Shown piece by piece: positions 63,112-64,000 of a stretch of 64,000 nt of DNA; positions within the stretch are counted from its first letter, which is position 1, and each line of letters opens with the position of its first letter. The position numbers and the translations under genes are program-made. Below the pieces are notes generated by a model. The model had not been told where the DNA came from. It saw only the letters and a list, made by a program, of their open reading frames with translations, and made no database searches. The stretch covers positions 372,001-436,000 of the forward strand of contig AP026145.1 in the NCBI GenBank assembly GCA_030295235.1, read 5' to 3'. The stretch comes from Fistulifera solaris (Eukaryota).

Positions 63112-63312
63112 GACAACAGTTTTTTCCCGCGTGCACTCTCCTGCCTGTCATTGTGTGGATCTCCTTCTATTTCAGTCTTCCTTTTGTTATAGATTTTATT
63201 GTATCCTTCTTCTGGTTTTGTTTTTGTTATTGCTTTTGTTGTGTCAATTGGCCATTCAAAGCGCAGGCTCAACATTTCCAAGACCGATTTCAGTCATGAC
63301 CAAAAATGGTAA
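63112..63312 (-). pseudogene. Second, shorter and more diverged 5' fragment of the STK19-like gene plus its upstream motif
   Basis: acagttttttcccgcgtgcactctcctg and ctccttctatttcagt match 61396-61465 and 60050-60120; gatttcagtcatgaccaaaa is shared with ~61595. Confidence 0.75.
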
Positions 63313-63576
63313 TTAGTGCTCTCGTCTTTCTCACTTCCCCGCGATCATCAACTTTCCCATGCAAACAGATGTTTCATACTAGCTGCTTTTAATATGTCGA
63401 TGTACATAGCAATCGTTATACGCCTCTTGCTTATCAAATGCTCATCTGCCATTTAAGTTTAAGCTCGTCAAACTAGTTTAGATCATTCAGTTTTAGTTAT
63501 CTACCTTGTACTCCTGATATTTGATCTTTCCCATCTTCCATTCCACCAACTTGTACTCATCATGGCGAAATCCTTC

Positions 63577-64000
63577 TTACCACCAACCCAGCATACCAGC
63601 CGCAACGGAAATAGTGGCAAAAATAGATCCAAAATAACCAATAAACTTGATAGCCCCACCTTTCGCGTAACGTGCCATCTTGACATCCTTACCCATGTCT
63701 TTGTATCCCAACAAGTAAAGATAACAACCCGCACTATATAGGACGGAACACGCGGTGCAAGTAATCGGGTGACGCAGACCACCAATCAAATTTGCAATCG
63801 CAAACGTTCCGAGAGATTCAAACATGTTCTGATGACCGCGCTGGACGCGATTGAATTCGTCCGCACGCTTGTGAAAACCCGGTGTCGCGTACAGATTCGG
63901 GTACGGAACATCGCATTCCTTGCGGGCCGTCATGACGGAACCGCCCATGATGGTAGGAACAAGAAACATACTTCCCACAACGGTAGAAAGAATCACGTAG
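63577..64000 (-). CDS. MAPEG-family protein (microsomal glutathione S-transferase 3-like), 5' end beyond the window
   Basis: ARKECDVPYPNLYA...FNRVQRGHQNMFE...GLRHP...GY. Confidence 0.9.
   Translation of the reverse strand, partial: YVILSTVVGSMFLVPTIMGGSVMTARKECDVPYPNLYATPGFHKRADEFNRVQRGHQNMFESLGTFAIANLIGGLRHPITCTACSVLYSAGCYLYLLGYKDMGKDVKMARYAKGGAIKFIGYFGSIFATISVAAGMLGWW

Overview
Gene-dense eukaryotic nuclear DNA, most consistent with a pennate diatom. Evidence: an aureochrome 1a, bipartite 'ASAF'-type plastid presequences, short GT-AG introns and diatom-type orphan families. There are about 30 protein genes: AUREO1a, ADF/cofilin, ORMDL, a PAPS/UAA transporter, a giant C2-DENN-WD40 protein, a SAP-SWIM-RING protein, a FAR-acyltransferase fusion, a DEAD-box helicase, fibrillin, CCT2, TRIP4-like, two tandem sugar-binding-protein/class C GPCR fusions, an FAD monooxygenase, a GPI-anchored repeat protein, a trypsin, plastid Mfd, STK19-like and MAPEG. 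Many conserved genes are split by single-base frameshifts, which look like unpolished long-read errors. The most interesting items are: (1) tandem receptors joining an RbsB/LsrB-type periplasmic sugar-binding domain directly to a GABA-B-like 7TM; (2) a non-autonomous Helitron-like element carrying a 475-bp (GT)n tract, apparently inserted in one arm of a degenerate long inverted repeat that brackets an intronless diatom-family gene; (3) two ~220-bp repeat families that co-occur at two loci 38 kb apart in opposite orientation and are interleaved with duplicated 5' fragments of the STK19-like gene; (4) a FARAT-like fusion whose acyltransferase catalytic His appears to be replaced; (5) a bipolar (Lys-rich then Asp-rich) GPI-anchored surface protein. 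All family calls come from motif recognition by eye; no database searches were run.
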